This document shows positions 19,479 through 28,180 of a stretch of 59,295 bases of DNA, piece after piece (the first letter of the stretch is position 1; each line of letters opens with the position of its first letter). The notes beneath the pieces were generated by a model, which was given only the letters and a program-made list of their open reading frames with translations, ran no database searches and was not told where the DNA came from. This DNA is from a virus (taxonomy: Duplodnaviria; Caudoviricetes), in IMG/VR virus record IMGVR_UViG_3300031963_000162, positions 1-59,295 of that record. One strand, 5' to 3'. Both the position numbers and the translations under genes were made by a program.

Positions 19479-20967
19479 AGTCTTCGGCCCTCCGGGGTCG
19501 GGCAAGACGACTTACCTCCTGAACCTCGTAGAACAGGAGTTAGAAAACGCTGTGCCCTCTCGTTCCATTGGCTACTTTGCGTTCACGCGCAAAGCGGCTA
19601 ATGAAGCGAAGGATCGTGCGATTGCCAAGTTCAACGAACTCAACGCCGAAACAGACTTCCCGTGGTTTCGCACACTGCACAGCCTTGCCTACCGTTGTCT
19701 GCAAGTATCGAACAACGAAATCATGAAGCCCGAGCACTACAGAGAGTTTGCACGTAGCGCAGGTTTGGATATGACGGTTAGTGCAGGCGATGACGAGTTC
19801 GTCGTACACACAGACAACCCTATCCTAAATGAGATCAACCTCGCTCGCATTCGTGGCATTGACTTAAAGACGCATTACAACCACTCACAGATCAACATCG
19901 AATGGTTTCACTTCGAGTATGTCGAGCGCGCGTATCGTCACTACAAGTACGAAAACAATCTGATGGACTTCACAGACCTCTTGGAACAGATCGTTCAAGA
20001 GCCTGAGTATCTCCCCCGCCTTGAAGTACTCATCGTCGATGAAGCACAGGACCTTTCACGTTTACAGTGGGAGATGGTGATCCACTTGGCACAGCGCGCT
20101 AACCGCACGTTCATCGCAGGTGACGACGATCAAGCCGTGTACACATGGGCAGGTGCAGATGTCAAAACCTTCCTATCATTAGAAGGCGACATCAAGGTAC
20201 TCGAACAATCCTACCGCGTCCCTGCCAAGATTCACGATCTCGCCAACCGCGTAGTGCGCCGCATTCGCTCACGCCAACCTAAAGAGTGGCACCCTCGAGA
20301 AGAGGTGGGCCTCATCCAGTATTACGAAGCGTTCGATCATGTTGATGTGTCCACCGGTGAGTGGCTGATCTTAGCCTCCACCAACTACATGTTGAATGAC
20401 CTGCATGAGTGGTTAAGGTCACAAGGACTGATGTTCGAGCGTCACGGACAACGGAGCATCTCCGAGAACATCTTGACTGCTGTACTCGGCTGGGAGGCGC
20501 TGCGTAAGGGCAAAGCGATGCCCATGCCTGTCGTCAAAACAGTCTACAAGCACCTCGGCACTGAGTTTGTCCAGCGTGGGTTCAAGACACTGCGCGACAT
20601 CGATCCGAACAATGAGTACACATTAGAAGAGCTAAAAGCTTCCTACGGCTTGTTGACAGACGATATCTGGCACAAAGTGTTGACGAAGATTTCGGATACC
20701 CAGCGCCAGTACATCATCTCGATCCTACGTCGTGGGTCAAAGTTGATGGGCAAAGTGCCGATCAAGCTCTCCACGATCCACGGAGCAAAAGGTGGCGAAG
20801 CAGATAACGTAATGCTCCTAACGGACCTCTCGCCGAAGTTTGCCAAGGAATACGCCTACAACGCAGACGACGTGAATCGCTTGCTCTACGTTGGACTGAC
20901 AAGGGCTAAAGAATCACTGCACATCATCAAGCCAAAAAATATTGAGAGGGGATTTCGAATTGAATAG
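19465..20967 (+). CDS. UvrD/Rep-like SF1 helicase
   Basis: GPPGSGKTT, AFTRKAA, TLHSL, VDEAQD, GDDDQA, QSYR, STIHGAKGGEAD, YVGLTRAK; start set at ATG 19465. Confidence 0.9.
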   Translation: MKIHKVFGPPGSGKTTYLLNLVEQELENAVPSRSIGYFAFTRKAANEAKDRAIAKFNELNAETDFPWFRTLHSLAYRCLQVSNNEIMKPEHYREFARSAGLDMTVSAGDDEFVVHTDNPILNEINLARIRGIDLKTHYNHSQINIEWFHFEYVERAYRHYKYENNLMDFTDLLEQIVQEPEYLPRLEVLIVDEAQDLSRLQWEMVIHLAQRANRTFIAGDDDQAVYTWAGADVKTFLSLEGDIKVLEQSYRVPAKIHDLANRVVRRIRSRQPKEWHPREEVGLIQYYEAFDHVDVSTGEWLILASTNYMLNDLHEWLRSQGLMFERHGQRSISENILTAVLGWEALRKGKAMPMPVVKTVYKHLGTEFVQRGFKTLRDIDPNNEYTLEELKASYGLLTDDIWHKVLTKISDTQRQYIISILRRGSKLMGKVPIKLSTIHGAKGGEADNVMLLTDLSPKFAKEYAYNADDVNRLLYVGLTRAKESLHIIKPKNIERGFRIE

Positions 20968-20971
20968 GACG

Positions 20972-22828
20972 ATGCCGTTGTTTCCGGTGAAGACCGAATG
21001 GGTGCCCCCGGCCCACTTCCCTGATCTATCTGATGCAAAGGAGATTGCAATTGACTTGGAAACCTGTGATCCACACATGGAAGGTATGGGTCCCGGTTGG
21101 CCTCGTGCTGACGGGTATATCGTGGGCTATGCTGTCGCCGTGGACGGTTGGAGCGGCTACTTCCCTGTTGCTCATGGCGGTGGTGGCAACCTTGATCGCA
21201 GCATTGTTGAACGCTGGATTAGAAAGGTTCTTGCAACCCCCGCAGACAAAGTCATGCACAACGCCGCTTATGATGCCGGGTGGTTACTATCCTCTGGATT
21301 CACCATCAATGGTCGCATCATCGATACGATGCTCGCCGCGCCGCTTCTCGACGAAAATCGTTTCTCCTACAGCCTCAATGCGCTTGGCTTCGATTACCTT
21401 AAAGAGGTCAAGAGCGAAGCGGGTCTTAAAGAAGCAGCTGGGGACTTCGGCGTACATGCTAAGAAAGAACTCTGGAAGCTCCCCGCTATGTACGTGGGCG
21501 AGTACGCCGAGCAAGACGCTGCGCTTACTCTAAAGCTCTGGCAAGCCTTCAAGCCTTTGCTCGTGCGTGAAGAAGTCCAGCACATCTTCGACGTCGAGAC
21601 AGAGCTCCTGCCCATCTTGGTTAACCTGACGCTGCGCGGCATTCGGTTTGACCGAGACAAAGCAGAGCAGGTGATCAGTGAGTATCGAGATCGCGAAGCC
21701 AAACTGATCAAGAACATCCGCGAGACCTGTGGGAGCTCCGTGGATATCTGGGCAGCAGCCTCGATTGCCACGGGCTTTGACAAGCTGAAGGTGCCGTATC
21801 CAAAGACGGCCAATGGCCTGCCGAGCTTTACTCGATCCTTCCTCGAATCCTGTGACCACCCAGTGGCAAAACAGATCGTGGAGGCCAGAGAATTAAACAA
21901 GACCCACGGGACCTTCTTACAACCGTACCTTGAGTTCTCCAAGAAGGACGGGCGCATCCATCCGCACGTCAACCAGCTACGCAGTGACGAGGGCGGAACA
22001 GTAACCGGGCGTCTGTCGATGGCAAACCCGAACCTTCAGCAGGTCCCAGCACGGCATGAGGTCATCGGCCCGCTTGTGCGCTCCCTCTTTCTGCCCGAAG
22101 AAGGCGATTTATGGGCAAGTTGTGACTTCTCTTCCCAAGAACCCCGACTTCTTGTGCATTACGCATCGCTCTTGGACCTGCCGGGGGCCGAGAAGATGGT
22201 TGAGGCGTACCACAAAGACCCGAACACCGACTTCCACCAGATGGTTGCGGACATGGCCGGGATCAAACGTAAGCAGGCTAAGACCATTGGTCTGGGGCTG
22301 ATGTACGGCATGGGTAAGGGCAAGCTCGCCGCCTCCTTGGACATGGAGATGGACGATGCGTCTGAGCTCTTAGAGGTGTTCCACAAGAAGGTGCCGTACC
22401 TAAAGGGCACTGTGAACGCCGTCATGCAGCGCATTGACCATCCAGCGTCCGGTGGCGCGATCCGTACCCTTTTAGGCCGTAAATGCCGCTTCCCGCTCTG
22501 GGAGCCCAAGCAATGGGGCGTGAACAAGGCGTTGCCGTATGAGCAGGCCGTGGTGGAATACGGGCGGCAGGTGAAGCGAGCGTTCACTTACAAAGGATTA
22601 AATCGCTTGATCCAAGGGTCCGCTGCAGATCAGACCAAAGCGGCCATGATCGCGCTCCATAAGGCAGGCTTTAACCTCCTGCTACAGGTCCACGACGAGG
22701 TTGCCATGTCCGTCAAGTCAAAGGATGAGGCCCGCGAAGCCGCTGCCATCATGGAAAAGGCCGTCTCCATCGAGGTCCCCAGCCGGGTAGACGTAGAAAT
22801 TGGACGCTCATGGGGAGAAGCAGTATGA
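20972..22828 (+). CDS. polA: Family A DNA polymerase with 3'-5' exonuclease
   Basis: Exo motifs IDLET, HNAAYD, YAEQDA; TGRLS...PNLQQVP, DFSSQEPR (motif A), KTIGLGLMYGMG (motif B), QVHDE (motif C). Confidence 0.95.
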   Translation: MPLFPVKTEWVPPAHFPDLSDAKEIAIDLETCDPHMEGMGPGWPRADGYIVGYAVAVDGWSGYFPVAHGGGGNLDRSIVERWIRKVLATPADKVMHNAAYDAGWLLSSGFTINGRIIDTMLAAPLLDENRFSYSLNALGFDYLKEVKSEAGLKEAAGDFGVHAKKELWKLPAMYVGEYAEQDAALTLKLWQAFKPLLVREEVQHIFDVETELLPILVNLTLRGIRFDRDKAEQVISEYRDREAKLIKNIRETCGSSVDIWAAASIATGFDKLKVPYPKTANGLPSFTRSFLESCDHPVAKQIVEARELNKTHGTFLQPYLEFSKKDGRIHPHVNQLRSDEGGTVTGRLSMANPNLQQVPARHEVIGPLVRSLFLPEEGDLWASCDFSSQEPRLLVHYASLLDLPGAEKMVEAYHKDPNTDFHQMVADMAGIKRKQAKTIGLGLMYGMGKGKLAASLDMEMDDASELLEVFHKKVPYLKGTVNAVMQRIDHPASGGAIRTLLGRKCRFPLWEPKQWGVNKALPYEQAVVEYGRQVKRAFTYKGLNRLIQGSAADQTKAAMIALHKAGFNLLLQVHDEVAMSVKSKDEAREAAAIMEKAVSIEVPSRVDVEIGRSWGEAV

Positions 22829-22875
22829 TGAAGGCGAGGCAGTCTCCCCTGTCTCGCTTTCTCTTAGTTTGGTTT

Positions 22876-22904
22876 GGGGCCTACGTCATGTGGGCCCCTT
22901 TTTT
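22876..22904 (+). terminator. Rho-independent terminator after polA
   Basis: GGGGCCTAC-GTCAT-GTGGGCCCC stem-loop followed by TTTTTT. Confidence 0.7.
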
Positions 22905-22919
22905 ATGATAAATTCCGTC

Positions 22920-22948
22920 TTGCATGTTTCACCGCTGTCGTATACTAT
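22920..22948 (+). promoter_or_regulatory. Putative sigma70 promoter for accessory gene run
   Basis: TTGCAT (22920-25), 17 bp, TACTAT (22943-48), then CTAGAAAGGAGAAA and GTG start. Confidence 0.55.
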
Positions 22949-22969
22949 GCAGGCTAGAAAGGAGAAAGC

Positions 22970-23323
22970 GTGGAGGAATACAAACCAAAGCGGGTAGGAC
23001 GGCCCGTCAAACGCAAGGGCAGGCGCACAAAACGCCGCAAGAAGAAGTATCCCGGCCCCGGCTCTGCGTTACGGAAAACCCAGTACAAAGTCTTGAATCT
23101 GCGCCCACTGACCTACCAAATGGTCAAAGAACTGGCGATGTATTACAAGACTTCCATGCTGGATATCGTCCACCGAATGATTGAAGCCGCATTCAACAAA
23201 ACACTGATCGAAGTCGAACGCAAGGACAAAGAAGAACGCTGGGCTGAAGAACAGTACAGAGCAGCCGTCGCAGCACGTAGAAAGGAGAGAGAAAATGCAG
23301 CATCAAACCAACCTAAACCTTGA
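22970..23323 (+). CDS. Putative DNA-binding protein (basic arm + ribbon-helix-helix-like)
   Basis: KRVGRPVKRKGRR basic arm; YKVLNLRPLTYQMVKELA.YY.TSM.DIV pattern like RHH. Confidence 0.5.
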   Translation: MEEYKPKRVGRPVKRKGRRTKRRKKKYPGPGSALRKTQYKVLNLRPLTYQMVKELAMYYKTSMLDIVHRMIEAAFNKTLIEVERKDKEERWAEEQYRAAVAARRKERENAASNQPKP

Positions 23324-23558
23324 TGTTGAAATTGAATTCGACATCATCCCCCCGTTAGACGGCCCCGATATACCTTTGCAAGCTGACATCACTGGCGTGT
23401 ATATCCGTGTGCCCTCTTCCCAAAACAAATCGCGTCGCGTTAATATCCTAACGGCATTATCTGAGTCCGAAGTCTTAGCCATTGAAGACGAAATACTCAC
23501 ACCAGAGTTTGTTCAGGATTACTTCCGATATGAAGCATGGAGGACTAAGCGTGGATAA
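23295..23558 (+). CDS. Hypothetical protein
   Basis: 87 aa, SD AGAAAGGAG. Confidence 0.5.
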   Translation: MQHQTNLNLDVEIEFDIIPPLDGPDIPLQADITGVYIRVPSSQNKSRRVNILTALSESEVLAIEDEILTPEFVQDYFRYEAWRTKRG

Positions 23559-23775
23559 CAATGTTCATACCATTGAATACTGGCAACGTCTCTCTGAGCG
23601 CTATCGTCGTCAACGTGATATGGCCGTTCGGGAAATCCAACTGCTGCAAAAACAACTGTACATCGCCACCGGCTGCGCTAACGATGGTCAAGACTATCTA
23701 CGCCAGATTCGCGCAACACGGACCACGGCCACTGTCTCTCAACGTATTAAAAATCTTTTAAAGGTGCTGGCATGA
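23551..23775 (+). CDS. Hypothetical coiled-coil protein
   Basis: GTG start after GGAGG (start uncertain); overlaps neighbours. Confidence 0.45.
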   Translation: MDNNVHTIEYWQRLSERYRRQRDMAVREIQLLQKQLYIATGCANDGQDYLRQIRATRTTATVSQRIKNLLKVLA

Positions 23776-23984
23776 GGTTCGTTGAACTCCTACGTGATGT
23801 TGCTAAAAACTTAGATAACCATAACATCGATACTATCTCTAGCCTTTTCTTAACGGCAGCAGACCATATCGAAAGCCAAAACCTCTACAAAGTTAAGTGG
23901 GCTGAAATGGCAGACCGTTGCGCGGCATTGGAGAAAGAAAATGAAACCCTACTGGCTCAGATCAACACCCTCAGGAATCAATAA
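23772..23984 (+). CDS. Hypothetical protein
   Basis: 70 aa, ATGA coupling; AADHIE + coiled coil. Confidence 0.5.
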   Translation: MRFVELLRDVAKNLDNHNIDTISSLFLTAADHIESQNLYKVKWAEMADRCAALEKENETLLAQINTLRNQ

Positions 23985-23985
23985 A

Positions 23986-24192
23986 ATGAACTTCGAATCC
24001 TTCTTCGACACCAAGCAACTCGTACCATGGGCCAAGCGCATCTGGTCCCTCGCCTTCTGGCCGCTCATCGCACTCTTCATCGGCCTTTACATAGGTGCCA
24101 GTAATAGCGAATCACGGATCATCAGCGACTGCAAGTACGCCATGACCTTCCGCGTCGATCACCAAGCCTTCGCTTGCCAAAGAAAAATCTAG
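23986..24192 (+). CDS. Small membrane protein
   Basis: Hydrophobic IWSLAFWPLIALFIGLYIG; Cys pair in C-terminus; SD AGGA. Confidence 0.5.
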   Translation: MNFESFFDTKQLVPWAKRIWSLAFWPLIALFIGLYIGASNSESRIISDCKYAMTFRVDHQAFACQRKI

Positions 24193-24200
24193 GAGAACGC

Positions 24201-24437
24201 ATGCCCCGATCACACATCGACAAACACAAACTCATCGACGCCGTCAAAGAATTCTTTGAAGTCACCGCTGATCATGAACTCGCGACCATCTTGCGTCTCC
24301 AACCTTCGGCGATTAGCAAAATTCGTCGTGGCACAAACAAGATCAGCCCACTGATCATCCTGCGCATTCACCTGCTCACCGAAGTCCCCGTCAAGGAACT
24401 CTTGAGCTACTGCCGAAAAGACGAAATCGATATTTAA
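24201..24437 (+). CDS. XRE-like helix-turn-helix protein (copy 1)
   Basis: LIDAV......D.ELA.IL...PSAISKIRRG...I....ILRIH; SD AGGAG. Confidence 0.65.
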   Translation: MPRSHIDKHKLIDAVKEFFEVTADHELATILRLQPSAISKIRRGTNKISPLIILRIHLLTEVPVKELLSYCRKDEIDI

Positions 24438-24461
24438 TCGACCATTAGAAAGGAGAAAGTT

Positions 24462-24638
24462 ATGGAAAACAATGTCGGAACCTTCGCTGCTGATCTGTTC
24501 TTCATCGAACAGCAGATCGAAGTCATGAACAGCTACCTACAAAAACTCGCCGAGCGCGAACGCCGCATGAAAGCCCTGCAAGCAGAAATCACTCGCCTGC
24601 AAGAAGTCATCGACGACCTACGGAGACACGGATCATGA
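24462..24638 (+). CDS. Small coiled-coil protein (58 aa, not in ORF track)
   Basis: Own translation MENNVGTFAADLFFIEQQIE...LRRHGS; SD AGAAAGGAGAAA; ATGA overlap with next gene. Confidence 0.55.
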   Translation: MENNVGTFAADLFFIEQQIEVMNSYLQKLAERERRMKALQAEITRLQEVIDDLRRHGS

Positions 24639-24892
24639 CGCTTACTGAAGAACAAAAGAATGAACAACTTATGAACCTATTAAAGGATCTTAACGATCAT
24701 GAGGACGAACAGTTTGAAAAATACCCTGATCTTGATCCAGCGACGTTTGTCTTCGCTCTGTTAATGCAAGCCACCGTGCTTCATCGTTGCGAATTTGAAG
24801 ACGCTGATTTCAAGACGTTGGTAGACCGCTTATCCGCCTCATGGGCTCTGTTCGACGCCTTTGAAAAAGATCAAGAAGAGGAGAACGCATGA
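24635..24892 (+). CDS. Hypothetical acidic protein
   Basis: 85 aa, translationally coupled. Confidence 0.5.
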   Translation: MTLTEEQKNEQLMNLLKDLNDHEDEQFEKYPDLDPATFVFALLMQATVLHRCEFEDADFKTLVDRLSASWALFDAFEKDQEEENA

Positions 24893-25116
24893 ACGACAAC
24901 TTCCTTCGCATGGCGAAAGACTCAGGGATCACGGCCCATGAACCGATCACCCCGGAAGCCTTAGCCAGCTTCGCGGACCGCGTGTCAGGTCACGCCTTCA
25001 CACGCTGCTGTGACGTGCTGCTCGAGATGCACGAACGGGACAAGGAGCGACACAACTATTACCTACATGCCGTGGCCGTCTTGAAGATGGTCTGGAGAGA
25101 GAAGAATGAGCCCTGA
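24889..25116 (+). CDS. Hypothetical protein
   Basis: 75 aa; RMAKDSG...LASFA pattern similar to 25744 gene. Confidence 0.5.
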   Translation: MNDNFLRMAKDSGITAHEPITPEALASFADRVSGHAFTRCCDVLLEMHERDKERHNYYLHAVAVLKMVWREKNEP

Positions 25117-25381
25117 ACACTACTTCGAACTCGCTGAATCAGTGGGCGCGTTTCGCGAACCACGGCCCCTGATCGAAAGAGAGTACTGGGTCTTCCCGTG
25201 TGACGACGATCTACTCGCCTTCGTTCAACTCGTGATCGAAGATACAACGAAAGAACTCCCGCGCCCTTGGAAGCCGCTTAGTACTGCCGAGGTCAAAGTG
25301 CTATGGAACGTGACCAAGACGCCCACGGCCTTTGCTGAAGTGATCGGCAATAAGTTGAAGGAGAAGAATCAAGATGAATAG
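25106..25381 (+). CDS. Hypothetical protein
   Basis: 91 aa; C-terminal WKPLS..EV...FA..I..KLKEKN module. Confidence 0.5.
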   Translation: MSPEHYFELAESVGAFREPRPLIEREYWVFPCDDDLLAFVQLVIEDTTKELPRPWKPLSTAEVKVLWNVTKTPTAFAEVIGNKLKEKNQDE

Positions 25382-25559
25382 CGAGGACACAAAGTTTTGT
25401 ACCAGTTGTCAAGCGACACGGACCATAGAAGGCGGTGAGCGCAGGATCACGCGTGGCGTCCCGCGTTGGGTCTGCCGCGCCTGCATCGACCGCAAGTCAG
25501 AGAGCATATACAAGAGCCAGAAGGCTGATGCTGTTAGAACAAAGGAGGGAGCACCATGA
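25374..25559 (+). CDS. Small C4 zinc-finger protein
   Basis: FCTSCQ...RWVCRAC. Confidence 0.55.
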   Translation: MNSEDTKFCTSCQATRTIEGGERRITRGVPRWVCRACIDRKSESIYKSQKADAVRTKEGAP

Positions 25560-25747
25560 AAACACCGAAGGACATTGACGTACTGAAGAAGGCCGAATGG
25601 TTCGACGACACGCCAGACATCGTGGCCCGGTTAAAAGCTGACGGCGAGGATGAGGTGGCACGTCACCTACATCGTATGCACACCTACCACAAGTCGTTGA
25701 TTGCTGAGATCAGGAAGCTGCGTAAGCAGTTGAAGGGAAAAGAATGA
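25556..25747 (+). CDS. Hypothetical protein
   Basis: 63 aa; SD GGAGG; DIVARL...EIRKLR. Confidence 0.5.
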   Translation: MKTPKDIDVLKKAEWFDDTPDIVARLKADGEDEVARHLHRMHTYHKSLIAEIRKLRKQLKGKE

Positions 25748-26028
25748 ACAGAGATGACATTATCCGCATGGCGCAGGAGGCTGGGTTTGAACATATTGCT
25801 GAGGCAGATTACTGGCATCCCCTTTTTGAACGCTTTGCCAACCTAGTCGCAGCAGAGGAGCGCGAGGCTTGCGCGAAGGTAGCTGAAGAGATGGGCAACA
25901 TAAGCGGAAACATGAACAAAACATGGCGCAACGGATGTTTTGACGCTGCTTTTGCTATCCGCGAGAGAGGTGCGCCAGCACTAGAGAGGCTAAACAAAGC
26001 TGCTGAGGCTAACGGGGAGCCGCTATGA
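25744..26028 (+). CDS. Hypothetical phage protein (MNRDDIIRMA..AG / EREACAKV family)
   Basis: Characteristic MNRDDIIRMAQEAG...ERFANLVAAEEREACAKV...AIRERG sequence. Confidence 0.55.
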   Translation: MNRDDIIRMAQEAGFEHIAEADYWHPLFERFANLVAAEEREACAKVAEEMGNISGNMNKTWRNGCFDAAFAIRERGAPALERLNKAAEANGEPL

Positions 26029-26189
26029 CAACGTACACGATTGAAGTAACCCACGACAAAGAAGGCGTAACCGTAGTAGTTAAAGACCTTGATCCCGACA
26101 CGATGGAAGAAGATCGTGCAGCGATTGAATATGCGCTGGAAGAAGCATTGAGGATAGCTAAAGAACATAGCCCGATGAGGTTCCAATGA
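26025..26189 (+). CDS. Small hypothetical protein (54 aa, not in ORF track)
   Basis: Own translation MTTYTIEVTHDKEGVTVVVKDL...PMRFQ; ATGA overlaps at both ends; SD GGGGAG. Confidence 0.5.
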   Translation: MTTYTIEVTHDKEGVTVVVKDLDPDTMEEDRAAIEYALEEALRIAKEHSPMRFQ

Positions 26190-26443
26190 CTGCACTAACA
26201 TTTAAAGAAAACGAGCTGCATAACCGGCTGATCGTTGCAGAGTTTAACTTGGAGCAAGTAGAAGAAGAACTATGCCGACTGCGTGAAGAAAACGAAACAC
26301 TCCGCGCCCGACTGGCGCAGCCTGAACGCGAATGGGTAAACCTGACAGACGATGAAATCCGCATCGCTTGGGGGCCGTACTTCTCTCGAGGTGTTGAGGT
26401 TGCCCGCGTTATCGAAGCCCTGTTGAAAAAGAGAAACACGTGA
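26186..26443 (+). CDS. Hypothetical protein
   Basis: Coiled coil + REWVNLTDDEI...ARVIEALLKKRN module. Confidence 0.5.
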   Translation: MTALTFKENELHNRLIVAEFNLEQVEEELCRLREENETLRARLAQPEREWVNLTDDEIRIAWGPYFSRGVEVARVIEALLKKRNT

Positions 26444-26496
26444 AGGCAGAGTGGTTCTCCAACTTTTGATTGTCATAGAAAACTACAGGAGGGGTT

Positions 26497-26856
26497 ATGG
26501 TAAGTGACCGAATGAAAAACGCACTTGAGTTAGCAGATAAATGCTGGAAGAAAGCAAATGACACTTCGCCAGAATTCGTAGAAAACTATTTAGCCCAAGC
26601 AGAACGGCTGCTGCTATCGAAACCCTACGTGCGAGGGGATGAATTTAGATCGTTCTGCCACCAAAACGGCATAGCTAGGCCAATGAACTTACACCCGAAC
26701 GTATGGGTTTCTGGGGTCAGAGCTTTAAACATAATGGGTTGGGTACAACCAATGCAAAAAGTAGAACCAAAACAATCGCACAACCACATGCCTAGCGTCA
26801 CTCTTTGGCGTAGTAGCTTGTATGAGGGCGTAGTATCGGAGCAAAAGAACACATGA
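26497..26856 (+). CDS. Hypothetical protein
   Basis: 119 aa, SD AGGAGG; HPNVW, SHNH...LWRS motifs; more AT-rich than neighbours. Confidence 0.55.
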   Translation: MVSDRMKNALELADKCWKKANDTSPEFVENYLAQAERLLLSKPYVRGDEFRSFCHQNGIARPMNLHPNVWVSGVRALNIMGWVQPMQKVEPKQSHNHMPSVTLWRSSLYEGVVSEQKNT

Positions 26857-27092
26857 TCTACGACGACTACTTCTGGACCGAACTCACGTATGAACGACAC
26901 TCCTACGTCGCACCCTCGGGTGAAGTCTTGGTCCACATCAACTACGACACCGCTAACCACACCTACCGGCTCGAGGACAAAGAATTCATTAGCCTCATGG
27001 CCGCGAAAAGCTTTGCCATCGCCTACCTAAAACGCACCGGCAAAATCCCGGACGACGACGGACCCCCAGACCTGACCGAGGAGGACACATGA
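26853..27092 (+). CDS. Hypothetical protein
   Basis: 79 aa, ATGA coupling. Confidence 0.5.
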   Translation: MIYDDYFWTELTYERHSYVAPSGEVLVHINYDTANHTYRLEDKEFISLMAAKSFAIAYLKRTGKIPDDDGPPDLTEEDT

Positions 27093-27271
27093 CCGACCCC
27101 GAAGAACTGGAACGACAAGCCAAAGCCGCTGGGGAAAGGATGCAGGACCCCGATCCATGGACCAAGGAACAGCAAGACCAACACCGCTTCGATAATTTTA
27201 TGGAGGACACCATGTCTTTACTTCTCGCCGCCGCCGTCTCCGGCCTTCTAATCGCTATCCTGCTCACCTAA
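27089..27271 (+). CDS. Small protein with C-terminal membrane anchor
   Basis: SD GAGGAGG; ends LLLAAAVSGLLIAILLT. Confidence 0.5.
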   Translation: MTDPEELERQAKAAGERMQDPDPWTKEQQDQHRFDNFMEDTMSLLLAAAVSGLLIAILLT

Positions 27272-27273
27272 TC

Positions 27274-27405
27274 ATGGATACCTACAGCCTCCTATTGGTC
27301 ATCAGCGGCATCCTGATCGGCGCAGGTAGCATCACCGCGCTCTTCACCCTCGTCTTCCTTTTCTGGGCAGGATTCGGCGATGATGAGACGATTAACAAAA
27401 AGTAA
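27274..27405 (+). CDS. Small membrane peptide (43 aa, not in ORF track)
   Basis: Own translation MDTYSLLLVISGILIGAGSITALFTLVFLFWAGFGDDETINKK; fills the gap between neighbours. Confidence 0.45.
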   Translation: MDTYSLLLVISGILIGAGSITALFTLVFLFWAGFGDDETINKK

Positions 27406-27418
27406 AAAGGGCCAGACC

Positions 27419-27688
27419 ATGCAACGACAACCCCACGCCCTGTTGGATACCTTGATGATGATCTACGGTATCCAAACAGATAACTCGTTGGCCGATAAAC
27501 TCGCCATCTCCACCGGCAGCGTCTCCCGGATTCGAAACGGCACACAAACCATCTCCGCCGCCCTAATCCTCGCCATCTACGAACGCTCAGGCATGTCGAT
27601 TGACAACATCAAAGACCTGATCAAAGAAGACACTGAGCGCCGCCTACGCCGCGAAAAAGAACGCCAAGAGGCCTCCCATGCCCAGTAA
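27419..27688 (+). CDS. XRE-like helix-turn-helix protein (copy 2)
   Basis: PHALLDTL......D..LA.KL......VSRIRNG...ISA.LILAI.E.SG.SI; paralogous to 24201 gene. Confidence 0.65.
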   Translation: MQRQPHALLDTLMMIYGIQTDNSLADKLAISTGSVSRIRNGTQTISAALILAIYERSGMSIDNIKDLIKEDTERRLRREKERQEASHAQ

Positions 27689-27923
27689 AGCCACTACCCT
27701 CTTCTGCCTCATCTACGTGGCCTTCACGGGCTTTCTCGTGGGCTACATGATGGACAAAGGACCCAGCGACGACACCACCGAGCTCATCACACAAGCCTAT
27801 GCCAGAGGCCGACAAGCAGGCTATAGTCAAGCGCAAAAGAACGGCGCCTGCGTTCAATGGTGGGTAGGCACGTCAGCGGACGATATGCGGGCCGCTAAGC
27901 GGTTTTTTTGCAAAGGACGATGA
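27678..27923 (+). CDS. Small membrane protein
   Basis: N-terminal hydrophobic helix; C..WW...C pattern. Confidence 0.5.
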   Translation: MPSKATTLFCLIYVAFTGFLVGYMMDKGPSDDTTELITQAYARGRQAGYSQAQKNGACVQWWVGTSADDMRAAKRFFCKGR

Positions 27924-28180
27924 GAACCATGGATGAGGACAAAGAAAGCCCTACGGCGCTCTCTGACGCCTTACAGCAGCTCCTGTTCCGTGGATCAGGG
28001 GCCAAGGTCCAAGTGATGTACGTGACCCTGCAAGACGGACGACAACTCATTTTCCTCGGCTCACCACTGGCCGACGACGATTACGAACAGATCGTCGATT
28101 TCGTATTGGGCGAAACCATCGACCCCATCACCTTTTCACACCTCTCCGCGCTCTTGATGAGCAACCTCACCGCGCACTAA
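27920..28180 (+). CDS. Hypothetical protein
   Basis: ATGA coupling at 27920; last gene before the AT-rich region. Confidence 0.5.
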   Translation: MRTMDEDKESPTALSDALQQLLFRGSGAKVQVMYVTLQDGRQLIFLGSPLADDDYEQIVDFVLGETIDPITFSHLSALLMSNLTAH

